A stretch of 64,000 bases of DNA, taken from positions 5,520,001 through 5,584,000 of the forward strand of contig NC_045697.1 in assembly GCF_009834535.1 (NCBI RefSeq), given 5' to 3'. The notes under the pieces are model-generated. The model saw nothing but the letters and a program-made list of their open reading frames with translations, did not search any database and was not told where the DNA came from. Of the stretch, positions 60,051-64,000 are shown piece by piece. Position 1 is the first letter of the stretch; each line of letters starts with the position of its first letter. Source of the DNA: Camelus ferus (Eukaryota). The position numbers and the translations under genes are program-made.

Positions 60051-61519
60051 AGAACATCCATGATAGGACCTTGAACCCCAGCTGGTCTCTGAAGTTCCTG
60101 CCAGTCTCAAGCTTTCCCACCTGGTCTTCTGTGCTGATATAAGACAGAAAGACTCTCCCCTCTTCACTCTGAAACAAGAGCTTCCTTTCAGTGCAATTAG
60201 AACAACTGCATGTCTTGAGTAAGCAAAGAACACTGGGGTCCCTCCTTCACTGTCCAGACAAAACGTTAACATTTTTTCATTTGGGAAGAGAACTCATAGT
60301 GAGTTAAAAACTTTCTTCGTGCAAATCCTGTGCAAAACTTAGTTCAGACATCCTCTACTTTTGGCTATACAAAAGTAGTCAGACCAAACTTGTCACTGAG
60401 AACAACGATAAGGGCTGATTTTTTTTCCCCAAAGAGCTGTTTGAAAGCATCAAGAATATCCCAGTCAGATCAGACTAGAGGGATCAAGACCCCAGAGGAA
60501 CACACGCTTACTTCTTCTATTGATTTTAGCTCTTGGGGTGGTTTTCAGAGGCTGAATCAAAAGCAGCAATCTAGAACATAAGGCAGCATCTTACTGGGAT
60601 TAGAAGGATAAAGAAAAAAATCAGAGATCAGGGGTACCGAGCACCCATGATGGAGGGGACAAGCTACCAGGGGAATGGGGAACTGTGGGGAAGTGAATTC
60701 TATAGTCTGCACTCAATCTCGCCACAAAAGATGTACCAAATCTATGCAGTCACAGGGAGAGAGACCCAGAGACCGCAACTAGTAAGCAATTGCTAGGTGG
60801 TTAAGCACAGAAGTTGGCAATCTCGTGGGGTTGGGGAAACAAAAATTGGAGTTCAGGGTAAATCAAGAATGAGAGTTCCAAATAAATACCTCAGGCTCTC
60901 TGCTGAGATCCTGAAGGGCTGTGCTCTAAGCATGTAATAAATAGGGGGCAGACAGACATGACTGGATGAAGATGGTGCAGCTAACTTTATCTGCCAATAA
61001 AAGACAACCAAACCCTTTCTGGAAGATTATGATCTCATCCAGGAGCTCAATAATTTTTCATAGACAATTTCCAGAATGCAATAAAAATTTATCAGACAGA
61101 ATAGAAATAGGATTGAATATTAAAAGTTAAGAGAAAAACAAAGAGTGAAAACAGACTACAGAGGAACCAAATATTGGAGTTTTCAGACATAAAGTTTAAA
61201 ATAACCATGATTAACATGCCCAAGAAAAGAGAAGAAATGATGGAGAAAATCACCAGAAATTGGCATCTATTAAAAAAGAATCCACTGGAAATCCTAAAAT
61301 TGAAAAAATACATAATAGAAAATAAAATTTCAATTTTTTGAGGTTAATAAATCTATCAAAGAAGAAATCTAGTGAGCCAGAAAATAGGATTATAAAATAT
61401 TCAAATTATACCAGAGAAAAAAGAGGATTAAAAATACATAAAATTAGATGTATAACCAGGTGGGAAAATTTAGCAATTTCCTATTGGAGTCCCAAGAATA
61501 GAGGAGAGAAAAAAATGGG

Positions 61520-62018
61520 GTATTTGATGGTTAATATTGTATGCTAACTTGACTAAACTATGGTGACCCATTATTTGGTCAAACAGTAGTCCAAATGTTG
61601 CTATAAAGGCATTTTTTAAGATGTGATTAACATTTACAATCAGTTGACTTTGAGTAAATCTGATTATCCTACATAATATAGGTGGGCCTCATCTAAACAG
61701 TTTAAGGCCTTAAGAGTAAAGACTAAGGAATCCTGAAGAGGGAAGTCTGCCTCCAGACTGCAACAAAGAAATTCTGCCTGAGTTTCCAGCATTTGGACCC
61801 AAGACTGCAACATTAACTCTTACCTGAATCTCTAACTGGTTTGCCTTACAAATTTTGGACTTGCCAGCCCTCACAATTGTGTGAGTTAATTCCTAAAAAA
61901 TAAATAATTCCCTATAAATAAATCTATACCTCTATAGATATATATCTATAGAGAGAGGATATAGATACATATATTTTGTATATATCATGCTGGTTCATTC
62001 TTTGTAGAACTCTAATAG
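61520..62018 (+). mobile_element. ERVL solo LTR (MLT2C/D-like)
   Basis: gatggttaatattgtatgctaacttgact...gatgtgattaacatttacaatcagttgactttgagtaaa...ggacttgccagccctcacaattgtgtgag. Confidence 0.85.
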
Positions 62019-62160
62019 AAGCAAAATCAATTATTGACAAGAAAATGGCTCAGGATTTTTTCAAGTTTGATTAGAGATATCAACCCACAGATTCAAGAAT
62101 CTTTACAAATGCCAAGCAGGATAAATACAAAGAATAGAAACCACATTTGTAGACACACAT

Positions 62161-62577
62161 TGTGTTCACCCCCAAGAAGTGAATAAATTCCCCACCCCTC
62201 AACCCATCCATTCAAAATTTGGTTCAGATGTTGAGACTGATGACGTCAAACATGCACCAGCAGGGAAAGAAAAGGTTTGTTACTCACATAATGAGGCTTC
62301 TGGGGAGAGCAGTGCCAGCTACCTCTAGCAGGTCCAAAAAGAGAGCGAAAGAGCCAGGAAAAAAGGCTGCCTTCAGTTTTTATGGTGACTAGAGGATGGA
62401 GCTGGGATGAGGCTTCCCAGGTGAGGGCCAGGCTTGTGTGGTTCAAATTTCCCCCTGGCACAGATGGAGGAAGTGCACAGTGTTTGCCCAGATGTGGGGC
62501 AAAGGGGGAGGTGGGAGAGGTGGCCTTGAAGGCTATCATCATCAAAGCTTCAAAATAAGGAGTCAGACTCTATGACA
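62161..62577 (-). mobile_element. ERV solo LTR (MER54/MER74-like; family uncertain)
   Basis: GC-richer TG...CA block inside A-rich L1: ggttcagatgttgagactgatga...aaaaggtttgttactcacataatgagg...ggagtcagactctatgaca. Confidence 0.65.
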
Positions 62578-64000
62578 GCAAATCATAGTCAAACAACTGA
62601 AAACTAACAGCAAAGAGATTACTCTTTAAAGATACTTTTTATCTTTAAAAGAGCAACAATAAGACTGACAACAGACTTCTCAACAGAAATGATAGAAGCC
62701 AGGCAATGGAATGGCATCTTTTAATAGCCAACTAGAATTCCATACCCAGTGAAAATACTATTTCTTTAATGAAAGTAAAATAAAGACATTTTAGACAAAT
62801 AAAAACTTAGAAAGTTTTTTGCCAGAAGAGAAACACTAAAAAAATTATTAAAGGAAAATAATCTGAAATAGAAGCACAAATAGGTAGGAAGAAATGAGGA
62901 GTAATGGGAATGGTACATATATTGGTAAATATAAGTAAATACTATTTAAAACAAAAATAACAATGTACTTGGGGAATTAATATATATGAAGAATTAAATA
63001 CAGGACAGTATAGCACACAGGCAGAAAAGGATGAACAGGCTGAAAGTGTTGCCTTACGTAGGAAATAAAAATGCAAAAGTATTATCTAGGAAATGATGAC
63101 ATCCAAAAGTAGATGCAGTAGGTCAAGGGTGACCTTTTCTGTAGGGTAACGAGTACAGGAATAATAATAGAATGTATGATGAACAAGTTAGCAGAGCAGA
63201 GAAAATTAAACACAAATCAAAAATGCTTTATTAATGCAAAAATTGTCAGATACCTAAAAAAGGAAAACTTAATTATATTGTGACTATAAGAAATAGGTAG
63301 CTTAAATATAAGGAGTCTGAAAAATTGAAATGAGAAGGATTGAAATGAGAAGTTGATTAAGTATGTTAACAATAAAATCATTGCTATTAGCTGTATTAAC
63401 ATAAAGACATAGAGATAGCTGTATGTCTTTAGCAACATATAGTTAAAGAGATAATATATTCTTTAAGGCAAGATTTATTACCAGAGATATTTCATAATAT
63501 CAAAAAGTCCAATTTAACAAAGCAATATACAAAATCTGTATTTGCACATAGTTAATAACATAGCCTCAAGATAATAAACATAAACTGAGAGAAAAGGAGA
63601 AATAATCAAATCCATAATCATAGTGGATATGTTAACATAGCTCATTCAGTTATTGGAAAAAAGAATAGACAAAGATTCAGTAGATATAGAAGACTTGAAC
63701 AATGTAATTAATAAACCTGAGCCAACAAAAATATAGAGAGCACTGTAACCAACAAATTCTGGGTATATATTCTTTTCAAGAGCACATAGAATGTTTACAG
63801 AAATGAACCACATGCTGTGCAATAAAGCAAGCCTCAACAAATTTGAAAGGATTATCATCGTACAGATATATTCTGACTATAATGAAATAAGCTAGAAATC
63901 CATAACAACATAACTAGGAAACCCCTAAATGTTTGGAAATTAAGATATAGCCTTCTATAACTACACGTGGTTGCTCATTGCTCCTGGGGGGAACTTTAGG

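Larger units (their letters stand above)
60345..63965 (+). mobile_element. Ancient L1 5' half (5'UTR, ORF1, start of ORF2), interrupted by two LTRs
   Basis: A-rich strand with ORF1-type motifs (attggagtcccaagaa, caacccacagattcaagaa, agacttctcaacagaaa, ctagaattccatacccag); endonuclease end atattcttttcaagagcacatagaatgtttacagaaatgaaccacatgct. Confidence 0.75.

Noticed and set aside
256..63858. Short ORFs in the six-frame track as host protein-coding genes
   Set aside because: They overlap on both strands, lack recognisable domains and mostly fall inside repeats; only L1 ORF2 remnants are protein-like. Small spliced exons cannot be excluded by eye.
1..64000. CRISPR arrays, prokaryotic operons, intact provirus or autonomous transposon
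   Set aside because: Mammalian DNA with no repeat-spacer arrays; all LTRs appear solo with no gag/pol/env; all L1s are truncated or decayed
1..64000. Naming the locus or neighbouring gene
   Set aside because: No exon or landmark recognised with confidence; needs alignment to a reference genome

Overview
Mammalian non-coding genomic DNA, most likely camelid (Camelus/Vicugna/Lama). The basis is five copies of a tRNA-Ala(AGC)-derived SINE matching my recollection of camelid Vic-1, cetartiodactyl-type L1 3' ends, and no Bov-A/BovB, PRE-1 or Alu seen. I find no supportable protein-coding gene; the only protein-like ORFs are L1 ORF2 remnants. Roughly half or more of the window is transposon debris (MIR, L2, L1 of several ages, MaLR/MLT1, MLT2, ERV solo LTRs, hAT and Tigger MITEs), often nested. 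Between the repeats lie repeat-free, motif-dense islands (about 13.0-14.3, 19.9-20.1, 27.2-29.0, 33.7-35.1, 44.9-45.1, 47.8-48.1 and 56.2-56.5 kb) and an orphan CpG island (about 27.7-28.5 kb). This suggests a gene-desert or large-intron enhancer landscape. The strongest sequence-level observations are a perfect six-unit heat-shock element at 58356-58385, a TSD-bounded L1 insertion with an apparent 3' transduction at 1434-2346, and recurring PBX-HOX plus MEIS motifs in the islands. Repeat family names come from memory of consensus sequences and boundaries are approximate. The locus could not be identified, and I see no clear evidence of a wholly new biological system.
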